Source: Burkholderiales bacterium
GTDB taxonomy: Bacteria; Pseudomonadota; Gammaproteobacteria; Burkholderiales; JAHFRG01
DNA length: 64,000 bases
Assembly (NCBI GenBank): GCA_035543335.1
Contig: DASZZH010000028.1
Location: forward strand, 16,392 to 80,391
Direction of reading: 5' to 3'
Numbering within the stretch: position 1 is the first letter of the stretch; each line of letters starts with the position of its first letter. Under the pieces are notes generated by a model. The model saw nothing but the letters and a program-made list of their open reading frames with translations, searched no databases and had not been told where the DNA came from. Below, in pieces: positions 18,337 to 26,571 of the stretch. The position numbers and the translations under genes were made by a program.

Positions 18337-19764
18337 TTAGCCAGGAAACATTCCGTGTCCCGGTGCCAGCACATTCTTCGGGTCGAACCGCGCCTTCGAG
18401 GCTTGGACCGATTTCCAAACGGGTCCATAGTGCTGGATCCAATCGGCCTGCGAAAACGGAATCGCGCTCGTCGTCAATCGTGTTCCGCCCATAGCGCGCG
18501 CCCGCTCGTATAGTGTGCGATTCATCGCGATCGCGGACGATATATCAGCCGATGCCGGCAGAACCCGCGAAATCTGGAATCTGAAGACGATATCTTCGTT
18601 CGGCAAACGGACGAGCGGACGCTTCATGGAGCTCCTCCTCCATGCAGACATGCGCGGAGTCACAAAGGCAGCCTCTTCAGGAGTGGCAAGCATTCTCGAT
18701 GTGTACTCGACGTATCGAGATGAGGGCAAGCAGAGGTACACAAAGGGTTTTAGCGTGGGAGCAGTACAGATAGTGCATACTTCTTCGCGGCGATAGTACT
18801 GCTCATAGGTCATCACTTTGGTGGTTTGGTTCGCAAACCTCAACCCCGCGAGCAGTGGCGCCTCACTTGGAGTATTCGGAGCGTCATAGAAAACTCCGCC
18901 TTCGACGTAATACGCGATGCCACCGCCCGGCTGTGCGGCGCCCCTCCCGTCGAGGTGGTTGAAGCGCCCAACCTTCGCGAGAAACGCCAGGTCAGCGGAG
19001 GCTGTCTGAAAGTCCTCGTAGTTCAACTTGAAGAACAGGACGTGAGTGGGTGCGGCAACCAGCTCCATGACGACTTTCACGATAATGCCGCATTGACCCA
19101 GCCCGCCAAGCATGGCGTTGAAGAGATCACTGTTGCGTTCGTCGGAACAGGTCACGAGCTGCCCATCCCCCGTCACCACCTGGAGTTCCAGAACACGGTC
19201 GACCTGAAAACCTTGGGTGTACGTCGTCACGGCAAATCCACCCGTACTGATCGTGCCGCCGACCGAAAGGAAGATATCGGCGATCACCGGCAGCGTTCGC
19301 TTGGAGGCGTTCGCTGCATCCAAAACGGCGCTCCACTTTGCTCCGGCGCCAACCTCGACGGCGCCCGAATTGATGATGCGGACGGAATTCAAACTACTGG
19401 AGTCGATGACGACTCCCCCCTCGGCCTGAGTTTGGCCAAAAAATGAATGGGCCTGACCCCGCATCGCAACTTTGAGGCCATGGCGGTTCGCGAACTGAAC
19501 CAGCTTCACGATATCTTGAGCCGAGCCGGGTTTGAGCACAGCGATCGGCAGCCGATGCACGATGCGTCCAAAGTCGTTCGCAGCCGCCTGCAGCGCAGCA
19601 TCGTCGAAGAGCAGTGTCCCGCTGAGATCCGTCAGGTCATTGCGCAGCAGCAGCCCCGGCGGCAGCGACGGCGCCAAGGAACTGCATGATGGCTGTAGCG
19701 CAAGGAGCGCTGCTCCGCCTGCGAGCCTTTTGACGAACTCGCGGCGAGAAATTATTCGTTCCAT
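18337..19764 (-). CDS. Tat-exported FAD-binding oxidoreductase (PCMH-type, cytokinin-dehydrogenase-like)
   Basis: 475 aa; twin-arginine signal MERIISRREFVKRLAGGAALLAL; FAD-binding domain pattern ...VAMRGQAHSFFGQ...GGTISTGG. Confidence 0.75.
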   Translation of the reverse strand: MERIISRREFVKRLAGGAALLALQPSCSSLAPSLPPGLLLRNDLTDLSGTLLFDDAALQAAANDFGRIVHRLPIAVLKPGSAQDIVKLVQFANRHGLKVAMRGQAHSFFGQTQAEGGVVIDSSSLNSVRIINSGAVEVGAGAKWSAVLDAANASKRTLPVIADIFLSVGGTISTGGFAVTTYTQGFQVDRVLELQVVTGDGQLVTCSDERNSDLFNAMLGGLGQCGIIVKVVMELVAAPTHVLFFKLNYEDFQTASADLAFLAKVGRFNHLDGRGAAQPGGGIAYYVEGGVFYDAPNTPSEAPLLAGLRFANQTTKVMTYEQYYRREEVCTICTAPTLKPFVYLCLPSSRYVEYTSRMLATPEEAAFVTPRMSAWRRSSMKRPLVRLPNEDIVFRFQISRVLPASADISSAIAMNRTLYERARAMGGTRLTTSAIPFSQADWIQHYGPVWKSVQASKARFDPKNVLAPGHGMFPG

Positions 19765-19853
19765 GATTTACCTCCCTTGTTCTGACGGCAGTCTTGTCGC
19801 ACGGGTGTCTAACTGGAAATGGACAGACCTCTCTAATCCGGAATTTCCGACGA

Positions 19854-20085
19854 TCAGATCGGGTGCCACGCGAGTTGCTCGATGCGCCCAAAGAATCTGC
19901 CCAAAAAGAGGCTCAGTGTCAAGCGGCTTTCAGCAAGCTGGAGGATGTAATAGCGGGCATGCCGGATCAGGTGCCCACCGGTCTTGAACACCCGCTGCTG
20001 TAGGCTTGTTAGTGACCCGCTCTGAATGGCACGGGGCAGGACCAGCCGACGCAGGAGAATACCGAGATTATAGGCGATCACCCAC
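19854..20085 (-). pseudogene. C-terminal fragment of a DDE transposase (IS4/IS1380-superfamily-like)
   Basis: ...SLTSLQQRVFKTGGHLIRHARYYILQLAESRL... resembles the conserved transposase C-terminus. The N-terminal ~80% is absent, cut at the boundary with the thiC-end repeat. Confidence 0.55.
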
Positions 20086-20148
20086 GGCATGGAGGAAAAA
20101 GCGGTAGAATTCCGGCAGGCGGGCGCTGAGGTGTATCGAAAACTCTGA
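20086..20148 (+). repeat. thiC 3'-end-like copy R1.1
   Basis: ggcatggaggaaaaagcggtagaattccggcaggcgggcgctgaggtgtatcgaaaactctga translates [20 protein letters not shown], cf. genuine ThiC end [20 protein letters not shown]. Confidence 0.8.
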
Positions 20149-20223
20149 ACAAATTAGAACAGCATCCACGCTCAGGATAAAGGTGTCCCTCGGTTCTGCT
20201 GCCACGTGGTAATAACGCTTGAC

Positions 20224-20244
20224 GTATTATGCGAAGCGTAATAC
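20224..20244 (+). promoter_or_regulatory. Inverted repeat GTATTA-N9-TAATAC within a TTGACG...TAATAC promoter-like region upstream of higB
   Basis: Read directly, 10-30 nt upstream of ATG 20254. Confidence 0.4.
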
Positions 20245-20253
20245 CCTTTACGT

Positions 20254-20535
20254 ATGATCAAGTCCTTCCGTTCGCCCGACACGGAAGCGCTGTTTCATGA
20301 CAGGCAGGTCGCGCGTTTTCGAGCGATCGAGCGGCCGGCGCGCCGCAAGTTGCTGTATCTCAACCAGGCACGCTCGCTCCAGGACCTGCTTGTCCCGCCG
20401 GGTAACCGGCTGGAAGCGCTGAAGGGTAACCGCAAGGGCCAGCACAGCATCCGCATCAACGACCAGTGGCGGCTCTGCTTTCGCTGGTCGGAAGGACACG
20501 CATTCGACGTCGAAATCGTCGATTACCACGCATAG
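20254..20535 (+). CDS. higB: HigB-type toxin (plasmid maintenance system killer family)
   Basis: 93 aa; MIKSFRSPDTEALF...PPGNRLEALKGNRKGQHSIRINDQWRLCFRW is the HigB pattern. Confidence 0.9.
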   Translation: MIKSFRSPDTEALFHDRQVARFRAIERPARRKLLYLNQARSLQDLLVPPGNRLEALKGNRKGQHSIRINDQWRLCFRWSEGHAFDVEIVDYHA

Positions 20536-20543
20536 GTGAAGCC

Positions 20544-20843
20544 ATGACTACGAAACTGCTCGATCCAATTCCTCCCGGGGAGGTCCTCTACGAGGAATTT
20601 ATGAAGCCGCTCGGGGTGAGTATCAACGCGCTTGCGCGCGAAATCGCTGTTCCGCCCAATCGAATCAGCGAGGTCGTGAGCGGCAAGCGTGCGATCACCG
20701 CTGATACCGCGCTGCGGCTGGGTAAATATTTCGGTGTCTCCCCGGAAATCTGGATGGGGTTGCAGGTGGATTACGACCTGCGTCTCGCCAAGCGCACGAC
20801 CTGGCCGAAGACCGAGCGCCGCGTGCGGGTGCACGCAGCCTAA
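20544..20843 (+). CDS. higA: HigA-type HTH antitoxin
   Basis: Start at M27 of the track ORF (20544); PPGEVLYEEFMKPLGVSINALAREIAVPPNRISEVVSGKRAITADTALRLGKYFGVSPEIWMGLQ. Confidence 0.9.
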   Translation: MTTKLLDPIPPGEVLYEEFMKPLGVSINALAREIAVPPNRISEVVSGKRAITADTALRLGKYFGVSPEIWMGLQVDYDLRLAKRTTWPKTERRVRVHAA

Positions 20844-20854
20844 GGCCTGCACAT

Positions 20855-21147
20855 ATGGCCAAGCTCAAACCCATTCACCCCGGCGAAATTCTGATGGAAG
20901 AATTTCTGAAGCCGCTCAATGTGAGTCAGTACCGGCTCGCGGTGGATATTGACGTGTCCCCCGCCGCATCAATGAGATCGTGCTCGGCAAGCGCGGCATT
21001 ACCGCCGGCACCGCTCTTCGCCTCGCTCATTACTTCGGCATTTCACCGCAGTTCTGGATGAACCTGCAGGCCAAATATGATCTGCAGACCGAGGAAGACC
21101 GGATGGGAACCAAAGTCAAGAATTTGAAAGTGCTCAAAGCGGCTTGA
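20855..21147 (+). pseudogene. Second HigA-like antitoxin gene, frameshifted (no cognate toxin)
   Basis: MAKLKPIHPGEILMEEFLKPLNVSQYRLAVDIDVSP then the family sequence RRINEIVLGKRGITAGTALRLAHYFGISPQFWMNLQAKYDLQ continues in another frame. A 1-nt deletion sits in the C-run near 20958-20963. Confidence 0.7.
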
Positions 21148-21163
21148 CGAATCGCCAGACGAC

Positions 21164-21484
21164 ATGGCACTGACACGGGATTTCAAGGAAACGGTTCTGG
21201 CGCGCGCGCAGCGTGACGCGCGGTTCCGCGAAGCGCTGTTTACCGAGGCGATCAACGCCTACCTGGCCGGCGATACCACTGTAGGCAAAGCCGTTCTGCG
21301 CGATCTGGTGAACGCGACCATCGGATTCGAAGGTCTCGCGGCGGAAATCAACAAACCGAGCAAGAGCCTGCATCGGATGCTGGCCCCGCGCGGCAATCCA
21401 AACACCGAAAACTTTTTCGACATCGTGAGAGCATTGCAGAAAAAGACGCGCGTGAAGCTGCGTGTAACGGCAAAGCCGGTTTGA
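21164..21484 (+). CDS. Addiction-module antidote-type HTH protein (family usually paired with a RelE/ParE-type killer), no toxin adjacent
   Basis: 106 aa; MALTRDFKETVLARAQRDARFREALFTEAINAYLAGD...SKSLHRMLAPRGNPNTENFFDIVRALQ resembles this antidote family. Confidence 0.6.
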   Translation: MALTRDFKETVLARAQRDARFREALFTEAINAYLAGDTTVGKAVLRDLVNATIGFEGLAAEINKPSKSLHRMLAPRGNPNTENFFDIVRALQKKTRVKLRVTAKPV

Positions 21485-21503
21485 GCAGGATAAGGAAACA
21501 ATC

Positions 21504-21833
21504 ATGAGCACCGGAAAACTTAAGCGACTGCAAGCAGCTGGCTGGAAAGTCGGAACGGCGAAGGATTTTCTTAAATTGAGCCGGGAGGAGGCTGCGCTGG
21601 TTGAGCTGAGGCTCTCCCTGATCAGCGCCGTGAAGAAATCCCGCTTGAAGCACGGCATTTCCCAAATTGATCTCGCACAACGCTTGGGGTCGAGCCAGTC
21701 CCGCATAGCCAAGATCGAGGCGGGCGATCCCTCGGTCTCGCTGGACCTGATCGTGCGCGCGCTGATTGCCGCCGGCGCTACACGGCGGGACTTGCAAAAA
21801 GCCTTCACGTCTAGAGAACGAATTGCGGCCTGA
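21504..21833 (+). CDS. XRE-family HTH protein (antitoxin-like)
   Basis: 109 aa; GISQIDLAQRLGSSQSRIAKIEAGDPSVSLDLIVRAL. Confidence 0.6.
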   Translation: MSTGKLKRLQAAGWKVGTAKDFLKLSREEAALVELRLSLISAVKKSRLKHGISQIDLAQRLGSSQSRIAKIEAGDPSVSLDLIVRALIAAGATRRDLQKAFTSRERIAA

Positions 21834-21850
21834 GGACTCCGCCTATAACA

Positions 21851-21972
21851 AAGCTCAAACCCATTCACCCCGGCGAAATTCTGATGGAGGAATTCCTGAA
21901 ACTGAGGCGCTGGAGCGCGGCATGGGAGAAAAAGCGGTAGAATTCCGGCTGGCTGGCTGGGATGTGTATTAG
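21851..21972 (+). repeat. Chimeric scar: first ~17 codons of a HigA-like gene fused to thiC 3'-end-like copy R1.2
   Basis: aagctcaaacccattcaccccggcgaaattctgatggaggaattcctgaa | actgaggcgctggagcgcggcatgggagaaaaagcggtagaattccgg...tattag; left part equals 20861-20911, right part is ThiC-end-like. Confidence 0.75.
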
Positions 21973-22043
21973 AAAGTCTAACCAACAAGTATTACAGTCG
22001 TTGTATCTGATTGTGCGGAATTTAAATTAGGTGCTTGATGAAG

Positions 22044-23288
22044 TCATTTTTTCAGTAGGCCTAGAAGATACTTAGACCGCGTAGAGATGATGCTGCAAAT
22101 TTTGTCAACTAATATCTGCTCGTTTACCTGGAGGTTCAGTTCTGCCGTAACAACCTTAGCCGCGGCAATTATGGCCTCTGAGAGATCATTGATCTGTTTC
22201 CAAACAATGCGGGGGTTCGCCCCGGATTCTTTTGCGAGTACTTCCCAATGACGCTTCTGTAACCAGCTTGGCCTGTTCTCGCCACCAATCTTTAACGCAA
22301 GCTTGTCCGTAAGATCTAAATATGTCCCCGTACAAATTAGATCATAAAAGGGAGCAAGCGTAATTCCCTTCGTCGTGATCAAAAGAGACAGGTTTTTCGC
22401 GTGAGCATCAGCATTACCAATCAAGTAGTTGAAGATCACCCACAAAATAAGACCTAAACGATCTTTTGCTGCCTGAGAGCTGTATTTGGAAACAACGTCG
22501 AAACAAGCTGTAAGGCTAGGCCCGCCTTCTTTTTCGTATTTCTTACTTGAAGGCAAATTAAGCGCTTGGCAAAAATCAATTTGGTGGATGCGCGTAAGTT
22601 TTCCATTTGTTCCAATGACTCGATCGTATCTGGCGACCAAATAGATTGGGCCCGGTTTGCGAAGAATGGCTGATTTGGGAACAGGCAAGCCGACTTTATT
22701 GGCAAGCACCATGCAGAAGCATTCATTAACGGGCATATTTTCATAGTGTGGTGAACCTGGTTTAAGAATGTGCGAACTTGGGGCACCACCCAAAGGGAGC
22801 GACAGTTGTTCGCCATCATAGTAAACGGGCAACTTATTCTGCGCACCGGCTAAGGATAAGCGAAGCTCATCATCGGCGACCAAGAGAGGCCGTTTCTGCA
22901 TGTCCGCCAGTATCGTGCCAAGCTTCTTTTCACTAATTGGTGTATAGCTAACATCTGTCTTACGCACTTCCCCGACCGACCAAAGTGAGACGGCGCCTGC
23001 ACAATCCCCCCCAATTTCCTCAAGCAACCCAAATGTGTTTTTTTCCGACACACGTTTTAATTTCGCAATGGCAGCCCGAACTTCGCCTTCGGGTAACAGA
23101 TTCTCAAAAAATGGGCGCGATATTTCATCCGGAAACTCTTCAAGATGGCGTGGCATTGTTACCGATAATGGAAAGAATCGATCTGATCCTAGCCACTCCT
23201 TTGCATATGCAAAAAGGAGTTTGCCTCGCACTTCGCGTAACTGGCCCGCAAGATCCTGATTCACGTACACATCGAGGGCATCACTCAT
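22044..23288 (-). CDS. hipA: HipA-family serine/threonine kinase toxin
   Basis: Likely start M19 (23288, preceded by GGAG); ...LSLAGAQNKLPV...GNADAHAKNLSLL are HipA catalytic motifs; overlaps hipB by 8 nt. Confidence 0.9.
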   Translation of the reverse strand: MSDALDVYVNQDLAGQLREVRGKLLFAYAKEWLGSDRFFPLSVTMPRHLEEFPDEISRPFFENLLPEGEVRAAIAKLKRVSEKNTFGLLEEIGGDCAGAVSLWSVGEVRKTDVSYTPISEKKLGTILADMQKRPLLVADDELRLSLAGAQNKLPVYYDGEQLSLPLGGAPSSHILKPGSPHYENMPVNECFCMVLANKVGLPVPKSAILRKPGPIYLVARYDRVIGTNGKLTRIHQIDFCQALNLPSSKKYEKEGGPSLTACFDVVSKYSSQAAKDRLGLILWVIFNYLIGNADAHAKNLSLLITTKGITLAPFYDLICTGTYLDLTDKLALKIGGENRPSWLQKRHWEVLAKESGANPRIVWKQINDLSEAIIAAAKVVTAELNLQVNEQILVDKICSIISTRSKYLLGLLKK

Positions 23289-23523
23289 CTTTGCTCCAGA
23301 AGGGCTTCTTTGAGCCAAGTGATAACGCGAGTCCAAGGCCATTGATCACTTTGAGTGTCGTATCTAGCCGAACAGTGTCCTTCCCCCTTTCGAGGTCGGA
23401 AAGGAAACGGACCCCGACACCACACAGAAGAGCTGCTTCTGCCTGGCGTAATCCCATGGACTTTCGGGCAGCGCGAATTGCTCTTCCAAGATGCTTAACG
23501 GACGAAAGATCGATAATAGTCAT
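23281..23523 (-). CDS. hipB: HipB-type XRE HTH antitoxin
   Basis: 80 aa; LGRAIRAARKSMGLRQAEAALLCGVGVRFLSDLERGK. Confidence 0.85.
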   Translation of the reverse strand: MTIIDLSSVKHLGRAIRAARKSMGLRQAEAALLCGVGVRFLSDLERGKDTVRLDTTLKVINGLGLALSLGSKKPFWSKDE

Positions 23524-23547
23524 TGGCGTAAGTGGTCAAAATCAGTT

Positions 23548-23660
23548 TTCCCGAACGGGAATATTACATACTAGTGAGTACGGAGTCAAGGATATTTTTC
23601 CCGAACGGGAAACTTTGTGAGAAATACCGCCTATTACTAGAGTATTTTCCCGATTGGGAA
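23548..23660 (-). promoter_or_regulatory. Three 14-bp palindromes TTCCCG-NN-CGGGAA spaced ~50 bp apart (candidate HipB operators)
   Basis: TTCCCGAACGGGAA at 23548-23561 and 23598-23611; TTCCCGATTGGGAA at 23647-23660; all upstream of hipB. Confidence 0.6.
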
Positions 23661-23675
23661 TTCTAAGACCTAACG

Positions 23676-23882
23676 TCATTGAGCAAAGCCGTTCTGCGCG
23701 ATCTGGTGAACGCGACCATCGGATTCGAAGGTCTCGCGGCGGAAATCAACAAACCGAGCAAGAGCCTGCATCGGATGCTGGCCCCGCGCGGCAATCCCAA
23801 CACCGAAAATTTCTTCGGTATCGTGAGGGCATTACAGAAAAAGACGCGCGTGAAGCTTCGCGTGACGGCCAAAGCGGCTTGA
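23676..23882 (+). pseudogene. 5'-truncated second copy of the antidote-type HTH gene (cf. 21164-21484)
   Basis: Translation (G)KAVLRDLVNATIGFEGLAAEINKPSKSLHRMLAPRGNPNTENFFGIVRALQKKTRVKLRVTAKAA is nearly identical to residues 41-106 of the 21164 gene. Confidence 0.7.
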
Positions 23883-23949
23883 GCGCGGGATGGAGGAAAA
23901 AGCGGTAGAATTCCGGCAGGCGGGCGCTGAAGTGTATCGAAAACTCTGA
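23881..23949 (+). repeat. thiC 3'-end-like copy R1.3
   Basis: gagcgcgggatggaggaaaaagcggtagaattccggcaggcgggcgctgaagtgtatcgaaaactctga. It is followed at 23960-23972 by ATGGCACTGACAC, identical to the start of the 21164 gene. Confidence 0.8.
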
Positions 23950-24037
23950 ACAAAGCGATATGGCACTGACACCAGACCCCTGGAAAAAGAGTTCAAGGCA
24001 AATTCGCGCGCGAAGAAACGTGGGTGGTATTGACTGA

Positions 24038-24050
24038 TATACGGCGTATA
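24038..24050 (+). promoter_or_regulatory. Palindrome TATACGGCGTATA within a TTGACT...promoter-like region upstream of mazE
   Basis: Read directly. A third half-site ATATACG lies at 24058-24064. Confidence 0.4.
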
Positions 24051-24085
24051 GCCATAACATATACGTCCTGTCTTGGAGCACTGCC

Positions 24086-24331
24086 ATGCAATCACAAAAA
24101 ATTCTGCGTTGGGGCAACAGCCTGGCGTTACGTCTGCCCATGCCGTTCGCGCGCAGCGCGCAGCTGGCCGAAGGCTCCAGCGTCAAGTTGAGCCTTGCCA
24201 AAGGACGAATCATCGTCGAGCCGCTGCACGAGGCCGGTTTGAGTCTTAAAAAGCTGGTGAGTCAAATCACGGCGGGTAATCTGCACCGCGAAACCGACAC
24301 CGGGCAAGCCAAGGGTTTTGAAGTGTGGTGA
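24086..24331 (+). CDS. mazE: MazE/AbrB (SpoVT) type antitoxin
   Basis: 81 aa; MQSQKILRWGNSLALRLPMPFARSAQLAEGSSVKLSLAKGRIIVEP is the looped-hinge-helix AbrB-fold pattern. Confidence 0.85.
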   Translation: MQSQKILRWGNSLALRLPMPFARSAQLAEGSSVKLSLAKGRIIVEPLHEAGLSLKKLVSQITAGNLHRETDTGQAKGFEVW

Positions 24332-24676
24332 AACGCGCTTCGCGCTACCAGCCTGACCGCGGTGATTTGATGTGGCTGGATTTTAATCCCCAGGCAGGAC
24401 ACGAGCAGGCGGGCCGGCGTCCTGCTCTCGTCGTCTCCCCACTTGCTTACAATGCAAGAACCGGATTGGCGCTGTGCTGCCCCGTCACCAGCCATATCAA
24501 GGGCTATCCGTTCGAGATTTTGGTCCCCGATGGATTGAAGGTTTCCGGCGCCGTGCTTTCCGACCACGTCAAGAATCTGGACTGGAGCGCGACGCGCGGA
24601 ATTCATCGCGCGGTTGCCACAACGCGAGTTGGAGCAAGTTATTAATCGAGTCATTCTGCTGTTGAAGGGCAAATAA
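24325..24676 (+). CDS. mazF: MazF/PemK-family endoribonuclease toxin with probable C-terminal frameshift
   Basis: Track ORF 24325-24645: RGDLMWLDFNPQAGHEQAGRRPALVVSP...GYPFEI. After DHVKNLDW (about 24585-24597) the family C-terminus ARRAEFIARLPQRELEQVINRVILLLKGK* continues in another frame to 24676. Confidence 0.75.
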
Positions 24677-24691
24677 GTCCTGTCCAGCGCT

Positions 24692-24792
24692 CTGATGGAA
24701 AAATTCCTGAAGCCGAGGCGCTGGAGCGCGGCATGGAGGAAAAAGCGGTAGAATTCCGGCAGGCGGGTGCTGAGGTGTATCGAAAGCTATGA
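24692..24792 (+). repeat. Chimeric scar: HigA-like 5' fragment fused to thiC 3'-end-like copy R1.4
   Basis: ctgatggaaaaattcctgaagcc|gaggcgctggagcgcggcatggaggaaaaagcggtagaattccggcaggcgggtgctgaggtgtatcgaaagctatga; in the ThiC frame it reads [28 protein letters not shown]. Confidence 0.8.
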
Positions 24793-24823
24793 ACGGAACA
24801 CGGGTCCCGCCCACGGGAGGAGT

Positions 24824-24889
24824 ATGGCGGCAGAACCCGAACAATTAGCGCGTGGAAAAATAGACCAACTGCTCATCGCTGCCAATTGG
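24824..24889 (+). pseudogene. Short 5' fragment resembling the N-terminus of a restriction-enzyme helicase subunit (HsdR-like)
   Basis: MAAEPEQLARGKIDQLLIAANW resembles the E..AR.KID..L..AGW N-terminal motif. Only ~22 codons remain. Confidence 0.35.
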
Positions 24890-24895
24890 CTAAGG

Positions 24896-25003
24896 CCCAT
24901 TGTGCACGTTTTGCCGCTGCAGCTCCTCGCCTACCATCTAGCGCTGCAAAGAAGCACCGATACGGACAAACCTAATGCATCTCGTGAAGTCGGCGAAGGT
25001 GGA
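24896..25003 (+). pseudogene. glmS: Decayed 3'-terminal fragment of glmS (glutamine-fructose-6-phosphate aminotransferase)
   Basis: [36 protein letters not shown] aligns by eye with the conserved GlmS C-terminus [36 protein letters not shown]. Confidence 0.7.
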
Positions 25004-25097
25004 ATAATTTACCCTCACCCTATTTTTATAATCCTTTGAGGTTTTTGTTTGCTATGACCATCCAAACGGAGATACGTAGCTAGGAATGGCATAGGTA

Positions 25098-26540
25098 ATG
25101 TCGAGCAAATCTACATTTTCCCAGCATTTTGGCCTAGATAAGTCCCAAGGCGAGCTCGATTTTGTCGACGTTCCACTGAATAGGGACATCGCCTTATTTG
25201 TAGATCCTTTTGCAATTTCGCAGCGTCCGGATCGGTGGTCGCAAGATTCCCATGCCCATCTCCTAGCATTCTTTCAAAAGGTCGTCGATAGTATTAGGAG
25301 CAACCGCAGTGATGAAGCGCGGAATCTTTTGGCCCATCTCAGGGAGCCCAACGAGACCAGATTCGGTCTTTCGCGCGGGAGGCCTCAAGGAGCCGGCATT
25401 GGTCCAAATCAGGCAGACCGCTTATTCCAGGCACTTCGAGAGTCAAACGCTGTAAAGACTGGATTTCTAAGTTCGCTTGAGGAATGTGAACTGATGATCG
25501 AGGGAATCGGCTGGGACAAGATATCCGATCTTACGACAAACGTCGTTCGGGGCAGGCTAGCAGAGTACACTTTCGATCAATGTCAATTGCACGGCGTCCC
25601 CGTACGTGACGTAGCATTAGGGGCATGTTTCTCTCTTAGCGCCCAAGATTGGGTCAACGAATACCTGCAACTGCCTGTTGTGGGTGGAAAGCCGATTTTG
25701 TTGGTTCCGAAGGCCATAGCGCGCTTCGAACCTTCCTATGATCACCAGCATTACTATCGCCACTTCGCTCTTGAGTTCCTGCAAGCGCAACACCTTGCGG
25801 CTGGCTCGAACCTTGTGCACGCCCTCAAGAATGGAAAACGCAAGGTGTACAAGAAGGATCTGCAAGCCAGATACCCATGCACTAAAGACTATCTTTTTCA
25901 GTTTTCGAAAGAACATCCAGAGGTACTTGTTCGATATCGTCAGCATCTTGAACAGCTGGAAAAACGAGGAATACACAGCATAGTAGAAGAGGACGATGAA
26001 CCAGGCATTGCATCAGCGCTTCGCGCCGCATTGGCGGCAATCCCGCCGGGCAATGCACATGCATCGAGTTACCACAAGCTCATGGTCGGCATCCTTGAAT
26101 TTCTCTTTTTCCCGGCGCTCCTCTGCCCGCGAAAGGAACAAGAGATTCACCAAGGCCGTAAGCGAATTGATGTTTTAATGGAGAACGGAGCAACCATCGG
26201 GATCTTCTATCGTCTCCATGCTACTCGAAAGCTTCCCAGCGCATTTGTGGCCTTCGAGTGCAAGAACTACACGACTGAGATCAACAATCCAGAGCTTGAT
26301 CAAATCGCCGGACGCTTCTCGCCGAATCGTGGCAGGGTTGGCTTCATCTGTTGCCGGCATTTTGAGGACAGGGCGCGCTTCGTTCAAAGGTGCCGGGACA
26401 CCCTCAAGGACGACAGAGGTCTCGTGGCCGCGGTTGACGACGCCACGATCGATTTGTGGCTATCCCTAATTGAGGCCCGTCGACGACGAGACCTTGACTC
26501 TGCTATCGCTAGGGTTATCGACGAGGTATGGATTTCGTAG
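25098..26540 (+). CDS. Uncharacterised 480-aa protein; unknown N-terminal ~330 aa plus C-terminal Mrr/PD-(D/E)xK-like nuclease motif
   Basis: C-terminal pattern ...MVGILEFLF...GRKRIDVLMENG...AFVAFECKNYTTEINNPELDQIAGRF (D358, E387-x-K389; nt 26169-26264). Stop is 31 nt upstream of mod on the same strand. About 50% GC, lower than the backbone. Confidence 0.6.
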   Translation: MSSKSTFSQHFGLDKSQGELDFVDVPLNRDIALFVDPFAISQRPDRWSQDSHAHLLAFFQKVVDSIRSNRSDEARNLLAHLREPNETRFGLSRGRPQGAGIGPNQADRLFQALRESNAVKTGFLSSLEECELMIEGIGWDKISDLTTNVVRGRLAEYTFDQCQLHGVPVRDVALGACFSLSAQDWVNEYLQLPVVGGKPILLVPKAIARFEPSYDHQHYYRHFALEFLQAQHLAAGSNLVHALKNGKRKVYKKDLQARYPCTKDYLFQFSKEHPEVLVRYRQHLEQLEKRGIHSIVEEDDEPGIASALRAALAAIPPGNAHASSYHKLMVGILEFLFFPALLCPRKEQEIHQGRKRIDVLMENGATIGIFYRLHATRKLPSAFVAFECKNYTTEINNPELDQIAGRFSPNRGRVGFICCRHFEDRARFVQRCRDTLKDDRGLVAAVDDATIDLWLSLIEARRRRDLDSAIARVIDEVWIS

Positions 26541-26571
26541 AGATTCAATGTAAAGTGGTAGAACTTTCCCA

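Noticed and set aside
18264-18513. HicA toxin partner downstream of the HicB-like gene
   Set aside because: Neither overlapping small ORF shows the HicA pattern (…G(F/W)…GSH…). Both overlap the 3' end of the convergent FAD oxidase gene. The hicB-like gene is therefore treated as an orphan.
19854-20090. Active insertion sequence
   Set aside because: Only ~78 C-terminal codons of a DDE transposase remain. No inverted repeats or N-terminal catalytic region are present, and the apparent ATG coincides with the junction to the thiC-end repeat.
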